Notes: generated by a model not told the origin, from the letters alone. DNA of 64,000 nt from Blastocladiella emersonii ATCC 22665 (GCA_025594325.1 JANHCV010000016.1:62001-126000); one strand, 5' to 3'. Counted from the first letter of the stretch, positions 44,400 through 57,046 are shown. Made by a program: numbers and translations.

Positions 44400-46061
44400 T
44401 CACACGCGCAGCTTGGGCACGACCTTGAGCCCGTTCTTCATCTGCAGCGTGAGGGCGGTGCGGTACGTAACGTCGTCAGCGTTGACGACGTCGAAATCGA
44501 AGCGGCGGACGAGCGAGACGAGGCAGCTGACGCCCTCGAGGTACGCCATCTGCTGGCCGAGGCAGGTGCGCGGGCCGGCGTTGAACACGGGGTACTTGAA
44601 GGGGCTGGGCTGGATGAAGTTGCCGTTGTTGTCGATCCAGCGCTCGGGGCGGAACGCGGTCGCGTCGGGGCCCCAGATCTCGGTGAGCCGGCCCATGGCG
44701 TACGGCGACCAGATGATGCCCTCGCCGGGGCGCACCTTGGTGCCGTCGGGCCACACGTCGTAGTCGACGGCGTACTTGATCTCGGTCGGCACCGACGGGT
44801 ACAGGCGCAGGGCCTCGCTGAACACGGACCGCGCGTACACCAGGTCCTTGGTCAGCGCCACGTAGTCGGCCTCGGTCGACGCGCCCTTGGGCGCGGCGAG
44901 GTGGTTGGGCAGCACGCGGTCGATCTCGGCGCGCAGCGTCGCCGTCACGGCCGGGTGCTGCCACAGCAGGTAGATGGTCCACGAGAGCGCCTGCGCCGTG
45001 GTGTCGCGGCCGGCGATGATGAAATTAATGACCACGTCGCGCAGCTCCTTGTCCGAGTACCCAGCGTCCGAGTCGGGCTTCTTCATCTTGAGGAACCGCG
45101 AGAGCAGGTCGGCCGAGGGCGCGAGCCCGGCGTCCTTGCCGTCGTGGGCGTCGGCGGCAGCGAGCTGGGCGCGGCGGGTGCGGATGACGCGGTCGGCAAA
45201 CTCGTCGGTGGTGCGGGTGCACCGCTTGAGCAGGCGCGCGTCGCCGTTGAAGAACTCGGTGATCCACTGCTGCCAGTCGTTCATGACGAAGCGGCGCGCC
45301 GTGATGGCCTGGGCCGTGTCAAAGGCGGTGGCGAACGGCAGCGGGTCCTTGGCCTGCAGCGACCCGAGCGAGGTGCCGAACCCGATCTCCATGAAGGCGT
45401 CGAGCGTGAAGCGGTGGAACAAGTCGTACAGGTCGACCGTCTCGCCCTTCTTGGCGGCCTCGCCCAGGATGTCGACGAGGTGGTGCGTGTGCGCGTCGAA
45501 GACCTGCAGCATGAAGTCGCGGAAGTTCTTGACCGAGAAGATGTGGGCGGCCGTCTTGCGCTGGGCCTTCCACGAGGCGCCGTCGCCGTTGAAGATGCCG
45601 TGGCCAAGCAGCGCCATCTGGCGCACGTAGAACCGCGGGCCCTTGATGTAGTTGTCGAAGTTGGCCTTGAGGATGTGCTCGAGGTTGGTGGGCGAGTTGG
45701 TCATGAGGAAGGTGGGCAGGCCGGGCGCCCAGAAGGCGGACGTGAACCCCTCGCCGCGGTCGAGATGGCCGCGCGCGACCTCGAACGCCATATCGTGACG
45801 CTTGTCCTGCGTCATGAGCAGCATCAGCGCGTGGCCCCAGATGGCGCGCCCGAACACGGCGTCGCTGATCACGTCGGACCGCCGCCGCCGCGCCACGTCG
45901 AGCGCGAGCAGCACAATGGACGCGACGACGGCGCCGATCCCGCCGCGCGCGAGCAGCGCCAGGAGCGACGGCTTGCCGTTCGAGGACCGCGCGCCGAACA
46001 GGCCGAGCAGCGCCGCGGCGCGCACGAGCGGTTGTGGGAGCGTCGCGATGACGGCGTTCAT
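44400..46061 (-). CDS. Cytochrome P450 (CYP52/CYP86-like fatty-acid hydroxylase type), intronless
   Basis: NLEHILKANFDNYIKG, GIFNGDGASW..QRK, AGRDTT, EALRLYP, PERW, heme FNAGPRTCLG. Confidence 0.95.
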   Translation of the reverse strand: MNAVIATLPQPLVRAAALLGLFGARSSNGKPSLLALLARGGIGAVVASIVLLALDVARRRRSDVISDAVFGRAIWGHALMLLMTQDKRHDMAFEVARGHLDRGEGFTSAFWAPGLPTFLMTNSPTNLEHILKANFDNYIKGPRFYVRQMALLGHGIFNGDGASWKAQRKTAAHIFSVKNFRDFMLQVFDAHTHHLVDILGEAAKKGETVDLYDLFHRFTLDAFMEIGFGTSLGSLQAKDPLPFATAFDTAQAITARRFVMNDWQQWITEFFNGDARLLKRCTRTTDEFADRVIRTRRAQLAAADAHDGKDAGLAPSADLLSRFLKMKKPDSDAGYSDKELRDVVINFIIAGRDTTAQALSWTIYLLWQHPAVTATLRAEIDRVLPNHLAAPKGASTEADYVALTKDLVYARSVFSEALRLYPSVPTEIKYAVDYDVWPDGTKVRPGEGIIWSPYAMGRLTEIWGPDATAFRPERWIDNNGNFIQPSPFKYPVFNAGPRTCLGQQMAYLEGVSCLVSLVRRFDFDVVNADDVTYRTALTLQMKNGLKVVPKLRV

Positions 46062-46168
46062 GGGTGGGTGAGGGCGGGCGTTGACGTTGCAGCGAGCGGC
46101 AGCGGGGGTAGGGCGCTGGCGGTTGGATGGCAGGGAGCGAGCGAGGGTCGGCGGGGGACCGGCTGCGC

Positions 46169-46174
46169 TTTATA
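46169..46174 (-). promoter_or_regulatory. TATA box of P450 44400-46061
   Basis: GTATAAAG on the minus strand about 110 nt upstream of the ATG. Confidence 0.5.
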
Positions 46175-46580
46175 CGGCCCCGGGCGGCGGATTAGGTGCG
46201 AGGCCGCGAACGCGCGGCGTGGCGCGACGCGAGCGACGGTCGGCCCCACCGCCACGACGGAAGATTCGAATTCGCCGCTGCTCAGCCGAGCGGACGGCGC
46301 TCGTTCGCCCGTGGCCGTGGTCGCTGCTCACGCGGACAGGCCGCGAGCGCGCCCTTTTCCCCGACGTGGGAGGGCGAGGTGCCCCACGGCTCAAGCCCGC
46401 GAACCCATATGAAATTCCACGAGCCCCATCGCGTCGAGCGAGGAATCCAAGGGCGATGACTCGTTGACGCGCGAAGGACGGCGAGCGCGTGGCGACCAAG
46501 CACGTGGGTAAGGCGGACGCGACTGCTCGTTTCCGGGAGGCGGTCGCTTCTTTCACTGCTTCTCTCGGCCTCACCCGACC

Positions 46581-48289
46581 ATGTTAAACTTTGTACCGTC
46601 ACACCATGTAACTGATGAACCACGACTTGATGCAATGCCAACCAGCGCGCGCTCCGCGTCTAGCTCGAGAAGAAGCGCCGTGAAATCGAGCATCGCGCCA
46701 ACGGCTTGTCTGCCTCATCAGGCTCGCCCGCTTCCGCTTCTGCGGCGGCACCGACACCGGCGCCGCCAGCCCTGGCTGCTTCCGCTTCGCCCAAGACTGG
46801 AGCAGCCAAGGCCAAGCCGGCGCCTGCTCGGCTGCTGCCCAAGCGGAACCAGCTGCCGTTCGTTGCCCCACCGGTTGCCGCTGCGCCCACGCCCGCCGCT
46901 GCCCCTACGACTGCTTCGTCGAAGACCGCTTCCGCTCGCTCGACGAGGCCCAAGGGCAAGTCGAAATCGTCCGCCTCCGCCGCACCGTGCCGCTGCGACC
47001 CGCTTGCGGTGCTTCCCGTCGAGCTGACACTTCGCGTTCTTGGCTTCCTCGACCTGCGTACCCTCCTCTCGTGCAGCGGCGTGAGCCGTCCGTGGCGTCG
47101 CGTGTTGAGCGCGAACCGCGCGCTCTGGTCTCACCTCGACTTGACCTGGCACGCGCATCCGACCGTCATCAAAACGCTCGTCACGCGCGCTGGGTCGCAC
47201 CTGCGCTCGCTCAAGTTCTCGGCCAAGGGCTTCCGCGACGCCGCGATTACCGCGCTCGGCATCGCGGGCGTGCGCAACCCGGTCCTCGAGACGGTCGCGA
47301 TCAGCAACGCGTCCTCGCTTAGCTCTCATGTTTTTGCGACGTTTGCTGTTCCGACTTTGCGCTCCCTCTCGCTTCCCGGCACCAAGCTTAATGACGTGAC
47401 GCTCAACTCGATTCTCGTCGCGTGCCCACTCCTCACCCACCTCGCGCTTCCTGCATGCATGCATCTCAACGGTACTGGCTTTGCTTTGCCTCAAGATGCC
47501 CCGCCTTCGCAGCTCGCTACCGTCGACTTGGCGACTTGCGCTGGCCTTAATACTGACGGTGTGATTGCCCTCGCCAAGTCTCACCGGTCCATGACATCCC
47601 TGCACTTCTTGGCTCCCGGCATGCCCGGGCCCGAATTCATGGTAATGCCTGACGCCCTCGATGAGCTTGCCGGTTGCACTCAGCTGCAATCCCTGTCGCT
47701 TCAACCCAGCTCCTGGTGCAACTCTGCCCGCCTCGCCACCTTTCTGGGCTCGATTCAGCTCTCGCACCTCGCGATCCCGACCACTCCCGCCATCAACGAC
47801 CAGGTGATCGATGTGCTCGCCGCCAAATCGGGCTCCACGCTGACTACGCTTCACTTGCCATCGTCGGCGAACATTTCCACGAATGCCTGGATTCGGCTGC
47901 TTGATGCGTGTGCCTCGCTTCAGAGCCTTGTCGTTGGATTTTGTCCCGGCATCAACGACGCGGTACTTGCCCACGTTCCGCGGTCCGTGCAGCACCTCGA
48001 CCTTACCAGTATCGGCGCCGTGACCGACGCGGGACTCATGACGGTCACCGAGCGTGCCGAGTCGTTGGTCAAGCTCCGCCTCGCTTTCACGGGCGTCAGC
48101 GAGTCGGCGGTGCGCCAGGCCGCCATCCTGCTCCCGCACCTCAAGGAGCTCGATCTCAGCGGGTGCCCGCGCATCACGCCCGCAGGACTCGGCGTGCTCC
48201 GTCAGTCTGGCGCAGCACGCGGTCTCGCGGTCGTGTACCGCGGGCGGCCCTCGGGGTCCCAGGTCCGCACGCTGAACGGGTTGTTCTAG
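46581..48289 (+). CDS. F-box/LRR protein, micro-exon 46581-46592 plus exon 46664-48289
   Basis: F-box DPLAVLPVELTLRVLGFLDLRTLLSCSGVSRPWRRV, then cysteine-containing LRRs. The 12-nt exon MLNF splices in phase 0 through a GT..TAG intron. Confidence 0.85.
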
Positions 48290-48361
48290 TCGTCAAATGC
48301 ATTCATTTTCGCTCTTCCTTGTCCCTCCTCCGCGACTGAACCCAATTCTCGCTTTTTTGAC

Positions 48362-48394
48362 GCGATGAGGCAGGCGATGAGGCAGGCGATGAGG
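48362..48394. repeat. 12-bp tandem repeat (GCGATGAGGCAG) x2.7
   Basis: Seen directly. Confidence 0.7.
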
Positions 48395-48467
48395 ATCGTG
48401 AGAGCGCATGGCGACCGCTCACGTGATATGTGTTTACGCGTCGGCGCTCATTTCGATTAGCCGCCTG

Positions 48468-50450
48468 CTACTTTCGTCGCTGCTCTCGACTACATTCCGC
48501 TAATGTGATGTTATTCATGTGACGTGAACCAACGAATTCATGCGAATGGAAACCGAACAGCGTGTGCACCGCTCGATTCAAAGGGCAAGTCAAACACGAC
48601 TCGCTTGGAACCACGCGCTGCTGCGACCCGCTCGCTGTGTTGCTTGCTAACCTGAGGTGTTGCAGCTTTGATCTGCTCGACCAGTTCGCGCGTCTCGATG
48701 AGGACACTAGCGGCCATGCGCGAGTACCGAACGGCCAATCCAGGTCGAGAAAGGTCAGCGAGACCTTGCCCCGCTGCTTGAGATAGGTCTTGTCGATCCG
48801 CACCATCGAGCGCAGCACGAGGAGCGGGAACGCGAGGAACTAGACGTACAGCGCAACGTGATTGCGCACCGATTCGTCGCCATAGTTTGTATCGCCGACC
48901 ACGACCCATGGCACGTCCGCGCCCGTGAGCTGGCGCGCGACCATTGAGGGCGCCACGACCGCCTTGCTGTCCGTATCCAGCGTGATCCTAGCCGCATCCG
49001 TCTCTTCGTTAACAGCCGTCCGGAGTGTGTTGCGCGCAGTGTTGGTCAGGTGGCCCATGTACTTCGCCGCCTTGCTACGTCGACCACATCAGAGGCTGCT
49101 TGAGCCAGATGCTTCCGCGGGGACCTTGACGGCGGGTGAATTATCAAGCGCGCCGCGCTTGGATCGTGGGTGCTGCGAGCGCGCGCGGGGAGCAGAGGAA
49201 GGTCCGACGACAGCCAACTCAGCTTGATGCTACAACTCGACATGTCGGTCGCTGGCCGCCAGCAGCGTGTCCTTGATCGGGTTGAAGCGAGCGAGCTGGA
49301 GCGCCAGCGCTGACACGGCCTCAGGCGCCAGTCAGTATAGCGTCGACGAGTTGCGAGCAGGTCGCTTTTCAGGCGTTGTGCTGTGGAAGGAAGTGCAACC
49401 AATGTGAGCAAACAAAGTTTTGTATTCGCACCTCAGAAATTGGCGACCGGTAGCGTTAGGAACTGCTCCCCTCCGTGCTGGGCTTTCAACCCCACCCCTC
49501 CCCCACCCAACCCAACCCAACCCAACCCAACCTCAACTCAACTTCAACTCAACTCAACTCAGCCCTTCAGCGCGTCAATGAAAGTTGCGGCGTCGTAGTG
49601 GACGCGTCGCGTGGAAAGAAATATACGCGATTACAGAGGGATCAGAGAAGCGATCAGATCGAGAAAGCAGAGCAAGTAGAACGTGCTCGGCGCGTCAGTT
49701 TAGGAAGTGAAGTATTGTGACGCTGGACAGCGTGACATGGCGGCGAAGACGACAAGCTTACGAATCCTGAACGCGTTGCAGAGGTAGCGTGTGCGCAGCA
49801 AAAGCCTTTGGAGCGGCGAGAAGAGGCCAGCAACGATGGCTTGGAATGCGTCCGATTCGGTCACGTTCACAGGGATTGGCACGGCCGCGATGGTCTGCTC
49901 GCCGTTACAGTACAACGCGGGAAGTTGGAGCGGGGGACCGCGTTGCGCCCGTTGCGGTTGACCTCAAATTGCCGCGCATCTGCTCGAGTGCGATGGCGAT
50001 GAGTTTGAGCGACGTTGCGTCGTCATCCAGGGCGAGCCCGATGCGAACACCGTCCACGATCGCGACCATGGGCGACTTCTGCACTGAGTTGGGTGCTTCT
50101 CAAGCGGTTTCGCGGCCTTTTTGGGGGGGAAACGAGCGCCAGCTTCGAGATGGCGACGGCGGGAACGTCGTCCATGGCGCGGAACGCGATGCAAGAGCCG
50201 GCCAGCCTGGCAAACCGCCGACCGCGACCAGATGCGCCGTAGCACGCTTCCAGCTGCTCGAGACAGGCGTGTATCGCGTCGTAGCCACACACAAGCAACT
50301 GGTGACGAAACCCACCACATGGCCGTCAGAATCGTCGCGAAACCGTTGTTCCGCTTCGCGGACCAGCTGCTCCGTCTGCTCGAGCGTGGACAGCGGGGGC
50401 GGGAAGGACTCGGCCAAGTTCGCGGTGGTGATCAGAGGAGGCATGCCCGC
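48468..50450 (-). pseudogene. Possible decayed coding relics of unknown family
   Basis: ORFs 48840-49058 and 48468-48818 are in the same frame, separated by one TAG. There are further stop-interrupted protein-like stretches near 49100-49330 and 49900-50450. No family was recognised. Confidence 0.25.
49506..49560. repeat. (CCCAA)5 grading into (CTCAA)n pentamer repeat
   Basis: Seen directly. Confidence 0.85.
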
Positions 50451-51267
50451 GGTGCTCCGCGCGGCGCGACGAGCACGTTGATCGGCGTTGCGCCCCGCAA
50501 GAAAGGCGACGATATCGCGATCACGCCCCGCTCGAGTGGCCAGGCGGGTGTTGGTGGCTGCCGAGCATGATCGTTGCGGCCTGCCACCGTTTGTTCACAA
50601 GCTCGAGTGCGAGCCAGCCTTCAGCCTCGGAGCGAGCTTGCAGCGCTCATGTGATGCAAGCGTTTAGACTCACATGCGGGTAGTAGTCGGTGCGAAGAGC
50701 GTGGATCGACAGGCGGTGCGCGCCGCGGCGACTCACGTCAAGGTTCATCCTTCTCATCGACAGCTCTCAGTCGCTCAAGCTCAGGAATGACGGAGACGTC
50801 CAGCGATGGTAGCACTCGTGCCGACAAGCAGTTGCGCCCCAGCGCTGGTGCCATACACGAGCCGCCGTCTTGCCATCACTGACCCAAGCTTCAGTCCATG
50901 CTGCGCGCTTCGCGCGCCTTGCCGCGTCCCGGTGATCTTCATCAGACTGCGTCAGCGTTGCTTCATGCGTAGGAACGACCGGGTTTTCTATGAGATGGAC
51001 ATGAGCGACGCGCGGCCCGTGCTCAACGACTTCACGGCAAGGCGAGGTGGAAATCGAGCCTCAGGTGGGATCAGCTGATCGGTTGCTAGGGCCGTGGCCG
51101 TGAAAAGTTCAGGTCACGTGGGCTTCATTTTTTCGGGGAGACCACTGGGGTTGAGCCCAGCATAACTTCGAATGAGTTGAGTAACATTGTGATTGATGAA
51201 GTTTGGATGAAGCGTGAGAGAGACAGCAGGGGACGCTCAACCTTTTAGCCCTTTGCATGTAACTCCT

Positions 51268-54216
51268 CTACTCGTCCTCCTCCACGACCAAACTGAACCG
51301 CGGCGGCCCGCTGCCCGCGATCCCGCCTGACGGCGCTGCTCCGCCGGACGTGACTCGCCCGCCCTGCGGGCTGATTGGCGGGAGCCTCGCGTCCTCGCCG
51401 CCGCTGCCGCCGTCCATCTCGTCGTCGTCCTCGCTGAGCCCGTGAAGCATCGCGACCGACGCCTGGCCCATCCCGCCGCCCGCGCGCCCGGCCCCACCAC
51501 CGCCGCCCGACGCGTCGCCGCCATTCATCCCCGCGAGCCCCGCTGCGCCACCTGACGAGCTCGCCGAATCCCCACCGCCACCAGCGCCATCAGCCGCGCG
51601 CTCGGGGAACCGCGACCGCAGCTCGGCGTCGAGCGGGCGCGCGTGGATCTTGCGCACGGCGTCGTCGACCGTGAGCGCGGCCTCGACGCGGCCCGTGGCC
51701 ACGGCCGCCGAGCTCGCGGCGCCGCCCGGCCGGATGACCGTGGGCCGCGCGCGGGCCGCGGCCGAGTCGGGGTCATCGCTCGCGCCAGAGGTCGCCGCAC
51801 CGACGCCGCCCGACGACTGCACGCGCGCCGTGAGCGAGCCCGCGACGGGCGTCGGGTCTATGGGCACGTACAGGGCGTCGGCGGTCGCGACGGGGTCCGC
51901 GGCGGACGCGGGTGTACCAGACGCGGAGAGCATTGCGAAGGCGACCGAGGCCGCGGACGCGGGCGTCGCGCCGCGGCTTGCTGTCGACCCGGCGATGCGC
52001 TGCTTCGCGACCAGTTTGCCGCCGAGCGGCGTGTTTGCGCCACTGGCCGTGCGCGTCGTGGCCCCCGGCGTGGACGAGCGGCCGCCGCCCGCGGTGGAGG
52101 GCGTCGCGAGGAAGGACTTGCTGCCGGCCTGCGACGTCCGTGTTGGCGAGCCGAGTGGAGACGGCTGCTGCCGCGAGCGCGGTGAGCCGGCGCGGCCCGA
52201 CGGCGACGTCGCGAGCGCGGATCGTTGCCGGCCCGCGGACCCGAGGCGGTCGTCGCGCGAGCGTGCGCCGGCACTGCCCTGTCGCTCCTTGCCCGCCGGT
52301 TGTTGCGGCTCAGAGGTCTCGGAGCTATACGATGTGAGGTGAGTCCATACGGCCGATACATGAGCGCGTTGAATGCAACGTACAGTCCCAGCCCCGTCGA
52401 CGCCGAGGCGCCGAGATCGCGCGTCGAGGCGCCCGCGCTGCCGCTCCCACTCGACGTCGACTCCTCTCCACCCGCAGTCTTGCTCTCCGTGGCCGCAGCA
52501 GTCGCCGCCGCGGCCGCCGCAGCGGCGGCGCTCTGCTCTGGCGTCATGGGCATCTCGTCTCGCCCGCGGGCGGGCGTGCGCACCGGTCGGCCGCGGAGCC
52601 GCACGGCGTTGCGGCGGAGGTATCTGACCTGCTCGCGGTTGAGTTCGCGGTAGTAGGTGTCGGGCTTGGACGAGAAGAAGTCGAAGAAGGTCGACCCGAG
52701 GTGCTCCTTGACCACGTCCGCGACGGCCGGCGTCGTGTCGCACAGGTAGTGCAGCAGGCCCGACGCGTGGCGCTGTGTGTCCGGGTGCTTGACGTTGGCG
52801 ATGGCCATGACGAGGCCCATGAGCGCGCCCGCCGCGACCATGCGCTCGCACAGCGCTGGCGACATGGCGGCCATCGACCCGAGCAGGCGCGCCGCGTACG
52901 CTTGTTGGATGTACAGGTGCGTGAAGTTCTCGGTGGGTGGAAGCGTCGCGAGGTCGTTCTTGCCCGCGGGCCCGCCGGCGGCGGCCGCAGCGGCTGCGGC
53001 GACGACGGTCGCGGCCGAGTTGCCGTTCCGGTCGAGCGCGAGCGCGCGGAGCCGGCCCACGCGCTTGCCGCGGGACATGACCTGGGTCGGCCCGTGGTCG
53101 TCGGCGTCGCCGTCCTCGATGGCCATCTGCAGCACGTCGACGAGCGCGGCGATGATGGCCTCCTGCAGGTTGTCGCGCGGGAGGAGCTCGCGCAAGAGTT
53201 CGAAGGCCTCGTGCTGCAGGGCGAGCTGGTTGGACTTGAGAAGCGACAGCGTGGCCTCGACGATACTGACGTGAATGGTCGGGATCGACGGTAGCAGCGA
53301 GCGGAGCGCCTGCCCCGCCATCTGCTGTGCGACAAGTGACGACGGCGAGGTGAGGAGCGCAAGAAGCGCCTTGTACACGGCCATGAGGTACTTGGGGTTG
53401 CCCGTGCCGAGCTCCTGCATCAGGTGCCGCGCGTAGTCCTGGGTCAGGTCGAAGCGCGACCGCGCGAGGCACTCGGAGACGGCGCGGATGCCCTGGCACT
53501 CGCAGATGAACTCCTTGTGCCGCCGGCCCGCGCTTGCGATGTGGATCAGCAGGCACAGCGCGTTGGCCTTGTCTCGCTATTCATCGGTTACGGTGAGCGG
53601 GTGTGAAAAATACGGGCGATGAGAGAAGAGGTACCTCCTTGACCTGGGGCAGCGAGATCATCTCGAGCAGCGTGAGCGCGCCACCGATCTCGAGAAACTC
53701 GCTGAGGTACCGCGTGCCGCCCGAGGCCGAGAGGAAGATACCGATGGCCTCCATCTGGACCGCGAGGTTGTAGTTGAGCAGGTAGGTGAGGCGCAGCCAC
53801 GCCGTGACGCGGGTCAGGAACAGCGACGCGCCGAGGCCGAGCTCGCGCTCCAGCTGCGGGCCCGTCATGTGCTTGCAGTTTTCGACAAAGTCCTCGAGCA
53901 GGCGTTCGCGGACGCGGCGGGATCCCTAGTTTCACTTTGCAGTGAGTTCATTCATCGTGACAGTGGTGCAACGAGCTCATACGCGGTCCCACGACGAAGC
54001 AATCTTCATGTAGTCGACCGAGCTCTGGCGCTGGCCGTTGCGGGGCGGCAGCCGCGCCGTGTCCCAAGGCGACGGCTGCGCGGCGCCGAGCGCGCGGCGC
54101 GGGCTCGTCGCGGACCCGGGCCCGCCATAGAGGCGCGAGGACGGGACGGGGTCCTTGACCGAGAACTGCTGCACGATCTCCTGCGTGCCGTGGTGGCTGA
54201 GCCGGAGGAGTGCCAT
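51268..54216 (-). CDS. ARMH1: Armadillo-like helical domain protein ARMH1 (C1orf228)-like, 3 exons
   Basis: WDR..R..LLEDF, LE.ELG.GASLFLTR, IGIFLSA..GTRYLSEFLEIGGALTLLE, GR.HKEFICECQG and GNPKY..VYKALLALL match ARMH1 as recalled. Followed by a long disordered tail. Confidence 0.82.
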
Positions 54217-54661
54217 TGCGTTAGGTGTTACATGTGTGTGCGTGTGCGATCATCGGCAGTCGGTCCGTCGAGGTGGGGCAACGTGAGCGAGTCGACGCGT
54301 GTCGCGGCGCGTGCGTGTCTCGCAGCGTGTCTCGCACGGGGTGCGCCACAGCGTGACGGCGCTCCCGTCCGTCATCGGTTCCCGATCGCAGCGGGGTGGG
54401 TCACGTTGAGTCATCGGCGATGCGGGCCGGTTTTCGCGCCGGTCGGTCGGTGCGCGGCGATTGGGCGGCGGTCAGGTGGCCAGTTCCGATCAACAAATTT
54501 CGATCGAAACCGGTTTTCGGGGAGCGCCGGAACCGCATGGCAGGAGTCTCGCGGCCGAGGCCAGCCGAGAGGCAGCCGAGGGCGGCCCGCCTACAAAGGC
54601 CGGCACTGCCCCGGCACCCCCGCTCCCTGCCCTCTACCAGACCTTACTGGATTTGATCATC

Positions 54662-55409
54662 ATGTCGGCTGTCAACGGTGCCAAGCTCTTCAAGACCCGC
54701 TGCGCTCAGTGCCACACTGTCGAGGCTGTTCGTGTCGCCGTCTCCTCTGCCGCCCCCGATCGTGGCGCGCGCGTCGTTGCCGTCGTCGTGGCCGCGGCAC
54801 TCGTCCCGCGTGTGCGCCGAGCTCGCACACCGCGCGGGTGCCCATCGGCTGCGACTGCGCCGCCGTGCTCGCCGCGATCGGAGGTACCCCCGCTCGCGAT
54901 CTTCTCGCTGACCGACCGCCTCGCACGCACATCGTAGGGTGCCCCCCACAAGGTCGGCCCCAACCTCCACGGCCTTTTCGGCCGCAAGTCGGGCACCCAG
55001 CCCGGCTACGCCTACACCGCCGCCAACCAGAACCGCGGTGTCATCTGGGACGACAAGACCCTCTTCGACTACCTCGAGAACCCCAAGAAGTACATCCCCG
55101 GCACCAAGATGGCGTTCGCCGGTTTCAAGAAGGCCGGTGACCGCAACGGTGCGTCTCGCTCGCTCGCTCGTCGTGTCGTGTGCGCGGTCGTGGCGGTTGT
55201 GTCGACGGTGTGGCCCAGCACTCCCGGCGGTTGTTATGGCTCTGCACCGGGCCACATGACGCTGCGCCGGATGCCGGGCCCACGCTGTCGCCACGCTCGC
55301 TGCAGCGGCACCGACGTCACCTCCCCGCCTTCCCGAACAACCCGCTGACCCTGTCCACCGCGTGAATTCTCTAGACGTCATCGCCTACCTCAAGGAGTCG
55401 ACTGCCTAA
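54662..55409 (+). CDS. CYC1: Cytochrome c, 3 exons (54662-54727, 54938-55148, 55375-55409), 103 aa
   Basis: CAQCH heme motif, [34 protein letters not shown]. Confidence 0.98.
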
Positions 55410-55601
55410 GCGCTCCCTCGTCGCTCGACTTCGGTTACCCCACTTTGACCGTGCCCGGCTGCGCGTGCGCCCGCTCTATACAGTGCGTTAGGAGTGTGCG
55501 TCCGTGATCCTCGTGCGGGCCAACCCATGTTCATATTCTTTGCTCTCCTCGATACATAGTGATTTCTCTTCGACCTGTCTCTCCGTCTCGTCTCGTCTCC
55601 C

Positions 55602-57046
55602 CTACATGACCATGAACAGCTGGCTGAGCGTCGGCGAGTCGTTGGCGCCCGTGACGAGGTTGGCCTTGGTGCGGATGCGCCCGTTGAGCAGCGTGTGCTC
55701 GAGCACGCCTGTGCGCACATCCATGGCCTTGATCTCGGCCTTGAGCCGCGTCAGCGCGCTCTTGATGTTGAGCAGCGGCTTGCTGTCGGTCATGCCGCTG
55801 CCGAGGTCGTCCATCTGCGCCTTGATGGCGTCGAGCTCGCCCGTGACCGCCGCCAGCTCGCCCGCCGCCGCCGAGATCGCCTCGCTCGTCTCGGCGTACT
55901 TTTGCTTGAGCGCCGTCAGCCCGCTCTGCACGCCCTTGAACGCGTCGACGACCGGGTCGAGCTGCGTGTTGACGTACGCCTCGCGCGCACGCAGCTTCTC
56001 GAGCGACTGCTCGAGGTCCGCCGCCACCGCCGCCAGCTGCGCCTTGGCCGGCTCCCACGCGTCGCCGATCGCCGCCTGGTGCCCGACCAGCGTCGACACG
56101 TGCAGCCGCCAGTGCTTGTGGTCGTTGGCCAGCACCACGCGCAGCTGCGGCGTCACCCGCTCCACCTCGGCCCGCCACGCCGCCGGGTCCGCGCACAGCC
56201 CGCCCGCCGTAGAACGGCCCAGGTACGCGCGGCTACCGCCGCCCATGGGAGCGGCTGTCGTGGGCCGCAGCGGCGGACTCCCCGCGGCACCCGCGAGCGG
56301 GCTCGCCGTCGTGCGCCGGTTCAGGATCCCCGCCAGCACGTCGTCCGCGTCCTCGTTCTCGCTCCCCTCGTTGTCGTCGAAGAACATGGCCTCCTCGACG
56401 TCGTCCATGCGCACCTCGGCGTGGTCGTCGGCCTCGGCCTCCTCGAACTGCCTGTGGGTTGCGGGCGGAGCGGTGAGTTTGGCTCGTGGCGAGTTGGGCG
56501 GGGAGGGAGTGAGCGAAACGTACTCGGTCTGCTCGAACACGGGCCGCAGGAACTTGAACCCCGTCGCCTTGAGCGCGCGGTCCGCCATGACCATGAGCGC
56601 AGCGAGCACCGCCTCGCCGTGGCCCGCACGCAGCTTGGCCGGGCTGTAATCGCCTTGCACGCCAGCGTTGCGCAGCACGACACCTACACGGTCCACGCGC
56701 GTCAGTTGGCCTGCTTCTCACATCGAGAACGTTAGTAGGACGCGTACCGACGTTGGTCGCCGCGACATTCGGGTCGTCCAGCTCGGACGGCGCCGCGAAC
56801 GCGTCGCCGCACAGCCCCGCGAGCCACGCGAACAGCGCGTAGAAGTAGTTGAGCTGGAACGTCACATTGGCGTGCGGCTGCGCAAAGAACTGCGGGTCGA
56901 GCTGCTTGAAGCCCCTGAAGCGCGGTACGTCGGGTCAGGGCGCGATTCGACGACACGAGGGTAACGCAAGGATGGCGGGCGTACTTGGCCGCGCAAAAGT
57001 TGCGGCTGTAGCTGAGAAGTCGCAGGCGGTCGAGCAGCGCATCCAT
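55602..57046 (-). CDS. IFT57: Intraflagellar transport protein 57, multi-exon
   Basis: MDALLDRLRLLSY, YF..LFAWL, DDPN, KLRAGHGEAV and WRAEVERVTPQLRV...D..HWRLH followed by coiled coil. Confidence 0.9.

Noticed and set aside
9910-46061. Secondary-metabolite or pheromone gene cluster built on the P450s
   Set aside because: The P450s are of different types, are dispersed among housekeeping genes, and no terpene synthase, PKS or NRPS is present.
49506-49560. (CCCAA)n as an interstitial telomere
   Set aside because: Only five units, grading into CTCAA, and the host telomere repeat cannot be determined from this window.
54728-55374. Unusually long cytochrome c introns (210 and 226 nt) as snoRNA hosts
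   Set aside because: No convincing C/D or H/ACA boxes; the only CTGA seen coincides with the branch site.
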